Positions 29,690 through 40,387 are shown, counted from the stretch's first letter. The stretch: 57,879 nucleotides of DNA from Lancefieldella parvula (GCF_963530955.1 NZ_CAUSFQ010000001.1:1-57879); one strand, 5' to 3'. Numbers and translations: made by a program. Notes: a model not told the origin generated them from the sequence alone.

Positions 29690-31402
29690 ATGATTGAGTT
29701 CAAAAACGTATCTTTCGCATACGGTACGTTAGCTGCTGCGCAATCTATGACTGACTCTGTTTCTGAAGATGCCATAGGAGCCACTGAGAGCCAATCTCCG
29801 CATCCAATGGCACTAACCCTTGATAACGTTTCATTTACCCTAAAGCCGGGCTCTAGAACGGTTGTGCTTGGCCACAATGGTTCAGGCAAGTCAACGCTTG
29901 CAAATCTTTGTAATGCATCACTTTTTCCTCTATCCGGAGAGGTTTTAGTAGACGGCAATTCAGTTGCTGTAGTGCCTTCTACTCAGATTTCTTCTGTTGT
30001 GGGGATGGTTCGCCAAGATCCAACAGCGCAGCTTGTTTGTGCAACGGTTTTTGATGAGGTTGCCTTTGGTCCTGCTAATCTTGGTTTGCCAAAAGAAGAG
30101 ATAGTTTCTCGCGTTACTCAAACACTGGAGCTTTGTGGCATTGCCGATTTGATTGATGCACCTACGCACACGCTTTCTGGAGGCCAACAGCAGCTTGTTT
30201 CTATTGCAGCAGCACTTTCAGTGCGCCCACGTTATCTGGTGCTTGATGAGGCATTTGCTCAGCTTGATACTCGATTCAGAAATCACCTTTCTAAGCTGGT
30301 AAATACCCTTGTTGCAAACGGGATGGGTGTGCTTGAGATTTCTCATTCGTTTGAGTCTCTTCCCGGGGCTGACCAGGTACTTGTTTTGGAGAAAGGTCAG
30401 CTCGTTTGGTCGGGAACTCCCACAGAGTTTCTCTTGGATGCAAACGCAATCGCAAACGCTGGTTTTGATGATGTGCTCACAGCAACAGCACATATAGCTG
30501 CACAGGCTGGCTATAAGTTTGATGTGACTTTTAACGCATCAGAGTTTGTTGCGTTTCTTGTTCAGAACAACCTTGCGTTTGATGCTTTGGATACCCTTGT
30601 GTATCAGCGAGCTCTTGAGGTAGTGCGAGCAAACAACTATGACGGAATTCAAGCTCTTAGCGAGGAACACGAGCTGGCAGTTTGTGGCGTGTCTCATGCG
30701 TTTGACAAGCCCGTTCTGCATGACGTAATACTATCTGCCACAGGGGAGCTTGTTGTTCTGGTAGGCGCTTCTGGCTCTGGAAAAACAACCTGCGCCCGCA
30801 TAGCCGCTGGCCTCATAGAGGCTGATACCGGGCACGCAACAATCGATGCGCGACTGGTGTGCCCTGGAGATGTCGGCATGTGTTTTCAGCGTCCTCAGGA
30901 TCAACTCTTTGCCCAAAGTGTTGCTGAAGATATTGCGTTTGGTCCAACTAACAAGGGTTTCTCGCCAGATGATGTTGAGGTGCTTGTCGCGTATGCGGCA
31001 GCACGTGTGGGGCTTGACCAGCAGGTCATGAATGCGTCTCCGCTAACGCTTTCTGGTGGCCAGGCTCGTCGCGCAGCGCTTGCAGGAACGCTGGCCTGCG
31101 CAACGTACGCGGTGGTGTTTGATGAGGCAACGTCTGGACTTGATGGCGAGGCGCGCTCGCAGGTGCTGCATCTTGCTCGCGAGCTGGCAAACGAGGGCAA
31201 AGCGGTTTTTGCAATCACACACGATGTAAGTGAATGGCTTCCTTTTGCTGACAGAGTAGTGTTTCTCGAGAAGGGCTGTGTTGTTGCAGACGTCAATGTG
31301 CAAGAAGCGCAGACAACCCCAGAGATATACGAGGCTGCGCAGCTTGATTGCCCGCTGTTTGTAAGCGTATTGCATGAGCTTTTGGAGGCCTGCTATGTCT
31401 AA
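29690..31402 (+). CDS. ECF transporter ATPase with two fused ABC domains
   Basis: Two Walker A (GHNGSGKS, GASGSGKT), two LSGGQ signatures, VAFGP/IAFGP; next to EcfT and truA. Confidence 0.88.
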   Translation: MIEFKNVSFAYGTLAAAQSMTDSVSEDAIGATESQSPHPMALTLDNVSFTLKPGSRTVVLGHNGSGKSTLANLCNASLFPLSGEVLVDGNSVAVVPSTQISSVVGMVRQDPTAQLVCATVFDEVAFGPANLGLPKEEIVSRVTQTLELCGIADLIDAPTHTLSGGQQQLVSIAAALSVRPRYLVLDEAFAQLDTRFRNHLSKLVNTLVANGMGVLEISHSFESLPGADQVLVLEKGQLVWSGTPTEFLLDANAIANAGFDDVLTATAHIAAQAGYKFDVTFNASEFVAFLVQNNLAFDALDTLVYQRALEVVRANNYDGIQALSEEHELAVCGVSHAFDKPVLHDVILSATGELVVLVGASGSGKTTCARIAAGLIEADTGHATIDARLVCPGDVGMCFQRPQDQLFAQSVAEDIAFGPTNKGFSPDDVEVLVAYAAARVGLDQQVMNASPLTLSGGQARRAALAGTLACATYAVVFDEATSGLDGEARSQVLHLARELANEGKAVFAITHDVSEWLPFADRVVFLEKGCVVADVNVQEAQTTPEIYEAAQLDCPLFVSVLHELLEACYV

Positions 31403-32171
31403 GTGCCCCTGTGCTCTGCTTAAGCACTTCTCGCTTGCTTCATTGACAGCGCAGACAAAAATCGTTGCCACTTTTGTAGGTATTGTTGCTCTCTTCTCAG
31501 TACAACAGCCACTTGCCTTTGTGGTATTCGCCTTGATTTGCGTGAGCCTTTTGTGGAGTGCTCGTGTAAGCTTGCCGGAGTTTTTGCGCGTAGCAAAGCC
31601 TGCAGCGTTCATTTTGCTTATATCATTTGTGGCCAATACGCTGGTATTTATTGGACATCCCGATATTATTTTCTCCGGATCAGTCGGTCTTTCTGTGGCG
31701 GGTTTTTACAGAAGCACCGTAGCTATTGCCCGCGTGTTGCTTGCTTTGGCGCTGGTTTTATCGGTTGCGTCAACAACTACACCTACGCAGCTTGCTGATG
31801 GCTTTTCTGTACTATTGCTGCCGTTGCGCCTTATTCATGTTGACGTTGATGGTTTGAGCATTGTGCTCTCAATTGCTCTGAGGGCAATTCCGCTTACCTT
31901 AGAAGAACTCGACAGAATTAGAGCAGCTCAGAGGGCACGTGGATTCAATTTTGAATCAGGCGGTATTGTTGAGCGCATCAAAAAGTGGTTTACGCTTTTG
32001 GTGCCACTGACCGTCTCGCTCTTTCAGCGCGCAGATCAGATGGCGCAAACCATGACGGATCGCTGTCTTGGCTCCGCAAAACGTACGCGTATCTCTGCAA
32101 AAATGCAGCTTGTTGACTGGGTAGTGTTGCTGCTGTGGGTTGCACTGTGCTTTGGTCTTACAACGCTGTAG
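31395..32171 (+). CDS. ecfT: ECF transporter transmembrane component T
   Basis: TM segments, TTTP..L, IALRAIP, AQRARG motif. Confidence 0.88.
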   Translation: MSKCPCALLKHFSLASLTAQTKIVATFVGIVALFSVQQPLAFVVFALICVSLLWSARVSLPEFLRVAKPAAFILLISFVANTLVFIGHPDIIFSGSVGLSVAGFYRSTVAIARVLLALALVLSVASTTTPTQLADGFSVLLLPLRLIHVDVDGLSIVLSIALRAIPLTLEELDRIRAAQRARGFNFESGGIVERIKKWFTLLVPLTVSLFQRADQMAQTMTDRCLGSAKRTRISAKMQLVDWVVLLLWVALCFGLTTL

Positions 32172-32299
32172 TAATCTTGCATTGCAGGTACTGCCTTGCA
32201 TTGCTGTAGCGGTCTTGTGTCCAGCAGCTGCAATGAGTGCGTCAACTTTGAGCCTACGATACAATCACTCTAGTGGGCAAAGTCATTCCAGGGAGCTTC

Positions 32300-33196
32300 A
32301 TGAACTCAGAAACATCACAGAATATTGCATCAAATTGCAGTTTTGATGCATGCGAGGAGTCTTCGGCTGAACCTTCAGTTCCTGAGACTCTCGCTGAAGC
32401 TTCTTCTGAGCCTGAAGCCACGCTTGTTATCCAGCTAGGTTATCGCGGCGCTGCATTCTGCGGCTTTGCCGAGCAGCCCACTCAGCGCACCGTGGCAGGC
32501 GACCTTCGCCGCGCGCTTCAGACCGTTTTGCGCAGAGAGGTCGAGCTCACCTGCGCGGGCAGAACCGACGCCGGCGTGCACGCCCAGGCCCAGTACGTGA
32601 GCCTGCCTGTGTACGGCGCTGAGCTGGCGCTGTCTGGCGAGAAACTCGTCCGCTCGCTCACCGCTCTGACCGACGATGACATCTCTATCCGACAACTCTT
32701 TCGTGCCCCACAGGGTTTCTCGGCACGCTTTGATGCCCAGGCTCGCTCGTACCGCTATCGCATTTGTGCAGATAGCGCTCGTCCCGTGCTGGGCTGGGAC
32801 CACGTGTGGTGGTACAACGGTCACTTGGATGCAGAGCTTATGGACAAGGCGGCGCAGGCGCTGGTGGGAGAGCACGATTTCAAGAGCTTCTGCAAGGCAA
32901 TTTCTGCCGAGGGCAAGCCAACGCATCGTTTTGTGGAGCGCCTTACCGTTGAAGAAATTGAAGAGGCTGGCGAGAAACTCATTGCAGTTGATATTACGGG
33001 TAACGCCTTCTTGCATAACATGGTGCGCACGATTGTGGGCACACTGGTTGAGATTGGCCGAGGTCACAGGCCTGTTGAGTGGATCGACGAGGTTCTAGCT
33101 GCTCAGAATAGAATTGCTGCTGGCAGTTGTGCACCTGCTCAGGGCCTCACGTTTGAGAGCGTTCGCTATCCAGAGGGTGTTTTGCAACCCTGGTAG
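32300..33196 (+). CDS. truA: tRNA pseudouridine(38-40) synthase (start uncertain)
   Basis: AGRTDAGVHA, FSARFDA, GEHDF, FLHNMVR.IVG. Confidence 0.96.
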   Translation: MNSETSQNIASNCSFDACEESSAEPSVPETLAEASSEPEATLVIQLGYRGAAFCGFAEQPTQRTVAGDLRRALQTVLRREVELTCAGRTDAGVHAQAQYVSLPVYGAELALSGEKLVRSLTALTDDDISIRQLFRAPQGFSARFDAQARSYRYRICADSARPVLGWDHVWWYNGHLDAELMDKAAQALVGEHDFKSFCKAISAEGKPTHRFVERLTVEEIEEAGEKLIAVDITGNAFLHNMVRTIVGTLVEIGRGHRPVEWIDEVLAAQNRIAAGSCAPAQGLTFESVRYPEGVLQPW

Positions 33197-33393
33197 CGCT
33201 TTCGGTTCCTTGATTGCGTCGTAGTTTCTGTGTGCCAATCCAGCTCCATCGGTCTTCTCGCGCCGTTTACGAAGTCTTTTCTACCACTTGTATTGTGTGC
33301 GGTGGTTTCCTTTGCAAAGAAATAGCATCATAGAAGAGAGCGTCTTTTTAGGAGCTCTTGCAGAACTGATGCACAGTGAGGCAGGGAGCCAAT

Positions 33394-34134
33394 ATGTTTA
33401 GGAAAAGAGAAAGATTTGAGCGCAGCGATGTCCCGCGCGAGAGTCCCTATACCAACGTGATTGGCCTTGCCGTAATTGCCATTGTTGCTGTTCTTGTAGG
33501 CATTGTTGTTGTAACTCTTTGGGATCGCGCGCAGCTTGAGTCTCACTTGGGAGATCATGGGCTTAACAAGGCTGTAAAGAGCCAAAGTGTTTCAGGCAAT
33601 CCGGATGGCACTACACAATCTGATGATGACTTTCTTACCTATGCCGTTATCAGCACAAATTCGCTTAAGGCAGGGGAGTCGACGCTTCAGTCTGTACGGC
33701 TTTTGGTCATTGATCGTACGCAGGGAACCGGCCATATAGTGTCTATTCCTACTGATGTGTATGCAGAAGTAGACTCAAACGCTAAAACACTGGCAGATAT
33801 TTACAAAGATGACGGTCAGATCGCTTTTGTTAGCGCACTTGCTTCTGTCACCAACATCAAGATTACGCACGTTATCATTGCCACAGATGATGTGTGGGAG
33901 AAAATCTCGGCACTTTCTGGTTCGGGCGCTCGTTCACTGGTAAGCAATGCTTCTAGTTTGTTGTCTTCAATGATTACCGATATGAAGCCCAATCAGCTTC
34001 TTGAGCTTGTAGAGATTGTGCAGCCAATTGGCGTGTCTAATCTTGAGCATGATGAAGCTCCTGTTGTTGAAGGTTCAAGTGGCACTACCGTTGACCCTAC
34101 GGCCTTAGGAAAGCTTGTTGGTATGCTCGTATAG
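33394..34134 (+). CDS. Membrane-anchored protein, divergent LCP (LytR-CpsA-Psr)-like
   Basis: Single N-terminal TM; VSIPTD resembles LCP SIPRD; next to glycosyltransferases. Confidence 0.5.
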   Translation: MFRKRERFERSDVPRESPYTNVIGLAVIAIVAVLVGIVVVTLWDRAQLESHLGDHGLNKAVKSQSVSGNPDGTTQSDDDFLTYAVISTNSLKAGESTLQSVRLLVIDRTQGTGHIVSIPTDVYAEVDSNAKTLADIYKDDGQIAFVSALASVTNIKITHVIIATDDVWEKISALSGSGARSLVSNASSLLSSMITDMKPNQLLELVEIVQPIGVSNLEHDEAPVVEGSSGTTVDPTALGKLVGMLV

Positions 34135-34306
34135 ACGTTATGGGCGTTGTGTGTAGCGCCGCTCCTACAAAACAGGTCAGATGTCCACATAACAGCAGTT
34201 AAACACGTTATGTGGAGAGATTTTGATAGAATAAAAATGTCTTTTTAATTCACTTTTTACGGGTAAACTGGTATCTAAAATTTAGGACCAGTTTGGGGGA
34301 TGTGGA

Positions 34307-35347
34307 ATGCACGAGCGCTCATACAATCCACATATGATTTCGGTTCTCATGGCTGCTGATAATGATGCTGATGCTATTAGAACGGTAATTAGGCAACTGC
34401 AAGAGCAAACCTACCCTCATTGGGAGCTCATCATTGTTGACAACAGCTCTGACCCTCAGATTGCTCGCATGCTGGATAACCTTGCTAATCAAGAACCTCG
34501 TTTAGATGTCTTGTGCCAATCGGGCATTAGCCATTTTGTTGCGCTTGAGATTGCTCAGGGTCGTGCTCGCGGAGCCTATACGCTTACCACTGAGCCTTCT
34601 TATAGGTTTAATCCCCATGTTTTGCAGAAGCTCTATGCTGCAGCTACTGCCCTCGGTCCTGTTGGTTCACCTAAAGCGGCAGATATTGTTATTGCGCACA
34701 TGAAAAACGCCAATTCACCTATGGAATGCAAAAAGGCTTTTGGTGCAAAGGCTTCTGCGTTGTCGCAGGTATTTGAGGAGTCACAGCTTCCTTATTTGAC
34801 GTCTATGAGCGGAAAGCTGTGCTCAACTCGTATTTTGACCGATATCAAACATGAGCCAGAGACTGATGGCGAATGCAATTTTGTAGGCTACTGTTTTGAG
34901 ATTGCAAAAAACATCACGTATGCTCCAGAGGCAATTTTTGTAGATGTACCAGCAGATTCTTCTAAGGAAGAAGATGATATTACTGTCGCTATGGATAAAC
35001 TTACCCAAGAGCGTCAGGCACTTGGTGCTCTTGCCAAGCATCTTGGCTTTGCAAACTCCAAAAAAGTTCAAAAGTTGATTAGTCGTTATCTGATCAGCAA
35101 GCTTCTTAAGAACATGTATCCCGTTTTTAACGGAGAGTCCCAGCTCAGCCATGAGGAGAAAGAAAATCTGATTATTAAAATTCTTTCTAATCCCGTAGCT
35201 CATCTGATTGTTACTGAGGCAACTTCTCCGCGATTGGTTGCTCACGCTTTGCTTGGTGCCATTTTGTCTACCACAGTGCAGGCACGCTATGCCTATGCAC
35301 GAAGAGCTGTATGGTATGCGCGTTTTATGCGTATACCACTTGCGTAA
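34307..35347 (+). CDS. Divergent GT2-like protein
   Basis: N-terminal ISVLM...QTYPHWELIIVDNSS typical of GT2; no clear DxD. Confidence 0.6.
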   Translation: MHERSYNPHMISVLMAADNDADAIRTVIRQLQEQTYPHWELIIVDNSSDPQIARMLDNLANQEPRLDVLCQSGISHFVALEIAQGRARGAYTLTTEPSYRFNPHVLQKLYAAATALGPVGSPKAADIVIAHMKNANSPMECKKAFGAKASALSQVFEESQLPYLTSMSGKLCSTRILTDIKHEPETDGECNFVGYCFEIAKNITYAPEAIFVDVPADSSKEEDDITVAMDKLTQERQALGALAKHLGFANSKKVQKLISRYLISKLLKNMYPVFNGESQLSHEEKENLIIKILSNPVAHLIVTEATSPRLVAHALLGAILSTTVQARYAYARRAVWYARFMRIPLA

Positions 35348-35398
35348 GTAACTTCATGTAAGGTTGGACGGTATTTGGTCGCTTGATGTTCGTCAGCC

Positions 35399-36565
35399 TT
35401 AGCGCCTATCCATAAGCGATTTGAATGTCTGTGCAATGCCGTCGTTTTTGACGCGGAAGAATCCCTCTTTGGCTAGATATGCATAGCGAGCAAACTTATC
35501 ATCTTTTGGCAAATCAATACCTCTCACCTGCGCAAAGAGCGCCTTTCCTGTGCTCGAGATTGCAGGGTTTTCAAACACGCGCTTTGCATCCATGCGCTCA
35601 AAGCTCTTGGCGAGAAGATCGTGCACTTCTGAGTCAATCTGACCTGCAGCACCATGTTCTTCTCGCCAGATAAGTGCGTCTTTTGTGAGCAGTGCGTAGT
35701 TGATACCGCGCAGCGTGAGCGCGTTGAGCACTACGCCTGAGGTGATGTTGCGTGCATCCACAACGTCCATCATGTCATTCCAGCGCTCAAGCGGAATTTT
35801 GGGCTGACGCTGCGCAAAGGTGGCAGCTTCTGCATAGCCATTCTCGCGATAGTTGTAAAGCGCTGAGTCTGTGTACACCAAACGGGTACCACAGCAATGT
35901 GAAGCAATAAGGAAGGGGTTGTCTGCCCAGCCTGCACCAGGGACTTCTTTAAAGCTGATGTTGTTCTGGGTCAAGAATTCTTTGCGATAGAGTGCCGTCC
36001 AAATGGCAGGATGGTGCAACAGAAGCTGAGCCATCTGGTCAATAGAACAGGGCTGATGCTTGGGTTTGACGCGGCCCTTATAAGCGCATGGAATCCTGTG
36101 CTCGCCAGAACCAGCAGCATTTTTTACCTGCGCTTTTACTCCTGCTCGACCGTTTTTCTGATTGCCAAACACACGCCAATACGCAGAACGTGCAATATCT
36201 ACCTGGTCTTCTCCGCCGTTTGCTTGGATAAGATCAACAAGCTCTTGAACCATAGTTGGCTCAAGGTAATCGTCAGGCTCAACAATTCCTACCCATGTGC
36301 CGTGAGCTGCGGCAATACCACGATTACATGTTTTTCCGTAACCTTCGTTTGCTTTATCTATGATGACAAGGCGCCCATCGCGGGCAGCATATGCTTCTAA
36401 AAGAGCTAAAGACGAGTCAGTTGAGCCGTCGTTTAAGCAGATAATCTCCAGGTTGGTATAGCTCTGCGATTGAATGCTTGCCAGGCACTGCTCCAGATAG
36501 TCTGCAACGTTGTATATGGGCACAACAAGAGAAACCAAAGGTTGGTGGTTTTGAGCGTGACTCAT
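35399..36565 (-). CDS. Glycosyltransferase family 2
   Basis: VSLVVPIYN, NDGSTD, IVEPDDY. Confidence 0.92.
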   Translation of the reverse strand: MSHAQNHQPLVSLVVPIYNVADYLEQCLASIQSQSYTNLEIICLNDGSTDSSLALLEAYAARDGRLVIIDKANEGYGKTCNRGIAAAHGTWVGIVEPDDYLEPTMVQELVDLIQANGGEDQVDIARSAYWRVFGNQKNGRAGVKAQVKNAAGSGEHRIPCAYKGRVKPKHQPCSIDQMAQLLLHHPAIWTALYRKEFLTQNNISFKEVPGAGWADNPFLIASHCCGTRLVYTDSALYNYRENGYAEAATFAQRQPKIPLERWNDMMDVVDARNITSGVVLNALTLRGINYALLTKDALIWREEHGAAGQIDSEVHDLLAKSFERMDAKRVFENPAISSTGKALFAQVRGIDLPKDDKFARYAYLAKEGFFRVKNDGIAQTFKSLMDRR

Positions 36566-36638
36566 CTAAACTCCTTTTGATTGCTGCTTTATACTATAGA
36601 GGCATCAACTCACTCACGAAGTCACATTTTGAGGAAAT

Positions 36639-37628
36639 ATGAAGCGCACCGCCCTTGTCATAGTCACCTTTAAACGCCAGGAACTGCTTTCCAACCTGCT
36701 CAATTCCATTACGCAGCTCACGCAGGCTCCATGGCGCATCATTGTTGTGGACAACGAAAACTCTTCTGAGACAGCCTCGCTTGTGTCGGAGTTTTCGGAG
36801 ACGGTCAAAACCACGTGGGGAGAAACCACTGATGATCCCGACGCTCACGGTGGCACTAATCGCGTGTGTTACGTCCCTATGGAGCAAAACACCGGTGGTT
36901 CCGGTGGCTTCTCTGAGGGTGTGCGCGTAGGTTATGAGCTGGGCGCCGAGTGGTTCTGGGTTATGGACGATGACGTAGCTGTGCTGCCTGATGGTCTTGA
37001 TAAGCTTGACGCATGGTCAGATAAGGCTGAGGTTATTCAAGGCCAGCGCTACGACTTTGATGGTGGTCCTTTCTTCTGGCAGTATCGCTTTAGCACCGCC
37101 CTGGGCATCTACAATCCGCTGGCAAAGGCTGGCTTTGACGGTGTACCTTATCGCGAGTGCAATGTGATGTGCTTTGAGGGCGCCTGCTTTAAGCGCTCTG
37201 TAGTGCAGAAGATTGGCCTACCTGACGCGCGCTTCTTTATCTATTGGGACGATGCTCTGTATGGCTATTTGGCCAGCAAGGTAACGCAGCCTATTTTGAT
37301 TCCAGACTTTGTTCTTTCAAGATGTCGAGAAGTTCCTGGTCAGAGTATTGGTTCTGTGCGTCAGCTTAATTCAACCTCTGACATGACACGCTATTACATC
37401 ACGCGTAACCGCGGCTATATTGCCCGTTACTTCCAGGTTCACGGTGATTACAACCCCGTGCTCTTTGGTGTTGGTACTGCGCTGACCTTTGCAAAAGAGA
37501 TTATTCGACTCATTTTGGTAGACAGAGCGCACTTCTCGTCTGGTCTTTCTCGCCTTATAAAGGGCTGGAAGGATGCACGCCTTATCTATAAAGACGCAAC
37601 CTGGCGTCCACAGCCTCCACTAGACTAG
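36639..37628 (+). CDS. Glycosyltransferase family 2, GlfT1-like galactofuranosyltransferase
   Basis: IVTFKR, NTGGSGGFSEG, WVMDDD, GLPD.RFFIYWDD. Confidence 0.8.
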   Translation: MKRTALVIVTFKRQELLSNLLNSITQLTQAPWRIIVVDNENSSETASLVSEFSETVKTTWGETTDDPDAHGGTNRVCYVPMEQNTGGSGGFSEGVRVGYELGAEWFWVMDDDVAVLPDGLDKLDAWSDKAEVIQGQRYDFDGGPFFWQYRFSTALGIYNPLAKAGFDGVPYRECNVMCFEGACFKRSVVQKIGLPDARFFIYWDDALYGYLASKVTQPILIPDFVLSRCREVPGQSIGSVRQLNSTSDMTRYYITRNRGYIARYFQVHGDYNPVLFGVGTALTFAKEIIRLILVDRAHFSSGLSRLIKGWKDARLIYKDATWRPQPPLD

Positions 37629-37633
37629 CCATC

Positions 37634-37661
37634 AAAGCTGACATTTTGTGTCGGCTTTTTT
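37634..37661 (+). terminator. Intrinsic terminator
   Basis: AAAGCTGACA-ttttg-TGTCGGCTTT plus T run. Confidence 0.7.
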
Positions 37662-37870
37662 AGTCCCCAAACGCCCAACAAAAGTGAGTACTGAGGGGTG
37701 AATTGTGGCGCATTTGTGAAAGGCGACGAATGCCTACTTACAAAAAATCGAATTATTTTATGACCATTAATAAATTTTGTAATTAGCGAAGTTTCTAGCT
37801 AATTTTCTACCTGCAGAGATATTGGTTGCCGCAACGTGTCAATACATAATTTTGTATTCGTGTGGAAATT

Positions 37871-37918
37871 TCACAATATATTGTTATAGTTCTCGAACCC
37901 AAACACTATAAGTTGTGG
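37871..37918. promoter_or_regulatory. Tandem NrdR boxes upstream of nrdD
   Basis: TCACAATATATTGTTA (37871-37886) and ACACTATAAGTTGTGG (37903-37918) match acaCwAtATaTwGtgt, 32 bp apart. Confidence 0.8.
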
Positions 37919-38051
37919 CATAGTAGTTTCCATCACACAAGCGGGTTCCCAACTACTTCGCTTAGGCAAAAGCTTAGGAACCGCAGTGATAATCCAATTA
38001 AACACGCATGAAAGCGTTGCTTTCACCAACGTTTGTTCAAGGAGTTTGCAC

Positions 38052-40274
38052 ATGAAGATTATCAAGCGCAATGGCTCAGAGGTCACCTTCGAGGTTGAGA
38101 AGATTGTTAACGCAATCGCTAAGGCTAACGCAGAGGTCCCTGAGGATCAGCGCCTGACTGAGCGTGAGATTCAGTTTGCTTCCCTCAACGTTACCGATGA
38201 GTGTGAGAAGGCTGGACACACCGTCACCGTCGAGGAGGTCCAGGACCTTGTCGAGGATCAGCTCATGGCTCTTGACCGCTTTGAGGTTGCTCGTAAGTAC
38301 ATCATTTACCGCTACATCCAGAACCAGAAGCGTCACAAGAACACCACCGATGACAAGATTCTGTCTCTGATTGAGTGCAACAACGAGGAAGTCAAGCAGG
38401 AGAACTCCAACAAGAACCCTACCGTTGTTTCTGTTCAGCGTGACTACATGGCTGGTGAGGTTTCTAAGGACCTCGTTCAGCGTGAGCTTCTTCCAGAGGA
38501 TATTGTTGCTGCTCACAACGAGGGTCTCATCCACTTCCACGATTCCGATTACTTTGCACAGCACATGCACAACTGTGACCTCATCAACCTTGATGACATG
38601 CTGCAGAACGGCACTGTTATCTCCGGTACTCTGATTGAGCGTCCACACAGCTTCTCCACTGCATGCAACATTGCAACTCAGATCATTGCTCAGGTAGCAT
38701 CCTGCCAGTACGGTGGTCAGTCCATCTCCTTGGCTCACCTTGCTCCATTTGTTGATGTTTCTCGTAAGAAGATCCGCAAGACCGTTATGGAGGAGATGAA
38801 CTCCGTCGGTGTTGAGCTCTCTGCTGAGCAGCTCAACGAGATGGTTGAGAAGCGCCTTCGTGATGAGGTTTCTCGTGGCGTTCAGACCATTCAGTACCAG
38901 GTTGTCACTTTGATGACCACCAACGGCCAGGCTCCTTTCATTACTGTCTTCATGTATCTCAACGAGGCAAAGAATGAGCAGGAGAAGGAGGACCTTGCAC
39001 TCATCATTGAGGAGATGCTCCGTCAGCGTTACCAGGGCGTAAAGAACGAGGAGGGTGTCTGGATTACTCCTGCATTCCCTAAGCTCATCTACGTTCTTGA
39101 AGAGGACAACGTTTACGAGGATTCCAAGTACTACTACCTCACTCAGATGGCTGCAAAGTGCACCGCTCGCCGCCTTGTCCCTGACTACATCTCTGAGAAG
39201 AAGATGAAGGAGTACAAGCTTTCTAAGGGCGAGAAGGAAGGCGAGGGCGATACCTTCACTTGCATGGGCTGCCGTTCCTTCCTGACTCCAGACCGTTCTG
39301 GTAATGGCTTCAACAACGTTGCTCGCGCAAAGAACTATGAGCCAAACAAGCCTAAGTACTACGGCCGCTTCAACCAGGGCGTTGTAACTATCAACCTTCC
39401 TGATGTTGCTCTTTCTGCTGGTCGCGATATGGACAAGTTCTGGAAGATCTTTGATGAGCGTCTTGAGCTTTGCCACCGTGCACTCCGCGCTCGTCACGAT
39501 CGCCTGAAGGGTACCCTGTCCGATGCTGCTCCAATCCTTTGGCAGTACGGCGCACTTGCTCGCCTGGACAAGGGTGAGGTTATCGATCCTTTGCTTTACG
39601 GCGGATATTCCACTATCTCCCTTGGTTATGCAGGCCTATACGAGTGCGTTAAGGCTATGACTGGTCACAGCCACACTGACAAAGAGGCAACTCCATTTGC
39701 ACTCCAGGTTATGCAGCACATGAACGATAAGTGCACCGAGTGGAAGGAAGCAGAGGATATCGATTACTCCCTCTACGGAACTCCTCTTGAGTCCACTACC
39801 TACAAGTTTGCTAAGGCACTTCAGCGTCGCTTTGGTGTTATCCCAGGCATCACCGATAAGGGCTACATCACCAACAGCTACCACGTCCACGTTGCAGAAG
39901 AGATTGACGCATTCCAGAAGCTCCAGTTTGAGTCTGAGTTCCAGCGTCTTTCCCCAGGTGGAGCAATCTCTTACGTTGAGGTTCCTAACATGCAGGACAA
40001 TATCGAGGCTGTTCTCAGCGTCATGCAGTTCATCTATGACCACATCATGTATGCAGAGCTCAACACCAAGTCTGACTTCTGCCAGGAGTGCGGTTATGAC
40101 GGTGAGATTCATATTGTCGAGGAGGACGGCAAGCTGGTTTGGGAGTGCCCACACTGCGGCAACCGTGACCAGACCAAGATGAATGTTGCTCGTCGTACCT
40201 GCGGCTACATTGGTACCCAGTTCTGGAACCAGGGCCGTACCCAGGAGATCAAGGACCGCGTCCTTCACCTCTAA
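38052..40274 (+). CDS. nrdD: Anaerobic (class III) ribonucleoside-triphosphate reductase
   Basis: ATP cone (IIKRNG), ENSNK, QYGGQ, MGCRSFL, CQEC/CPHC, glycyl-radical RRTCGY. Confidence 0.97.
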   Translation: MKIIKRNGSEVTFEVEKIVNAIAKANAEVPEDQRLTEREIQFASLNVTDECEKAGHTVTVEEVQDLVEDQLMALDRFEVARKYIIYRYIQNQKRHKNTTDDKILSLIECNNEEVKQENSNKNPTVVSVQRDYMAGEVSKDLVQRELLPEDIVAAHNEGLIHFHDSDYFAQHMHNCDLINLDDMLQNGTVISGTLIERPHSFSTACNIATQIIAQVASCQYGGQSISLAHLAPFVDVSRKKIRKTVMEEMNSVGVELSAEQLNEMVEKRLRDEVSRGVQTIQYQVVTLMTTNGQAPFITVFMYLNEAKNEQEKEDLALIIEEMLRQRYQGVKNEEGVWITPAFPKLIYVLEEDNVYEDSKYYYLTQMAAKCTARRLVPDYISEKKMKEYKLSKGEKEGEGDTFTCMGCRSFLTPDRSGNGFNNVARAKNYEPNKPKYYGRFNQGVVTINLPDVALSAGRDMDKFWKIFDERLELCHRALRARHDRLKGTLSDAAPILWQYGALARLDKGEVIDPLLYGGYSTISLGYAGLYECVKAMTGHSHTDKEATPFALQVMQHMNDKCTEWKEAEDIDYSLYGTPLESTTYKFAKALQRRFGVIPGITDKGYITNSYHVHVAEEIDAFQKLQFESEFQRLSPGGAISYVEVPNMQDNIEAVLSVMQFIYDHIMYAELNTKSDFCQECGYDGEIHIVEEDGKLVWECPHCGNRDQTKMNVARRTCGYIGTQFWNQGRTQEIKDRVLHL

Positions 40275-40290
40275 GATTTATGTACTAGAC

Positions 40291-40330
40291 AAACGAGCAG
40301 AAGAGCGCCTTGGCCCTTCTGCTCGTTTTT
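40291..40330 (+). terminator. Hairpin with T run between nrdD and nrdG
   Basis: AAACGAGCAGAAG...CTTCTGCTCGTTTTT. Confidence 0.65.
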
Positions 40331-40387
40331 ATTATCTCTATCAGGTAACATCCACAATATGTGAAAGTTACCCATCAAAGGTTATGT

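Noticed and set aside
37860..37876. Rex box upstream of nrdD
   Set aside because: Spacing is one base short of TTGTGAA-N4-TTCACAA, and it overlaps a better NrdR box.
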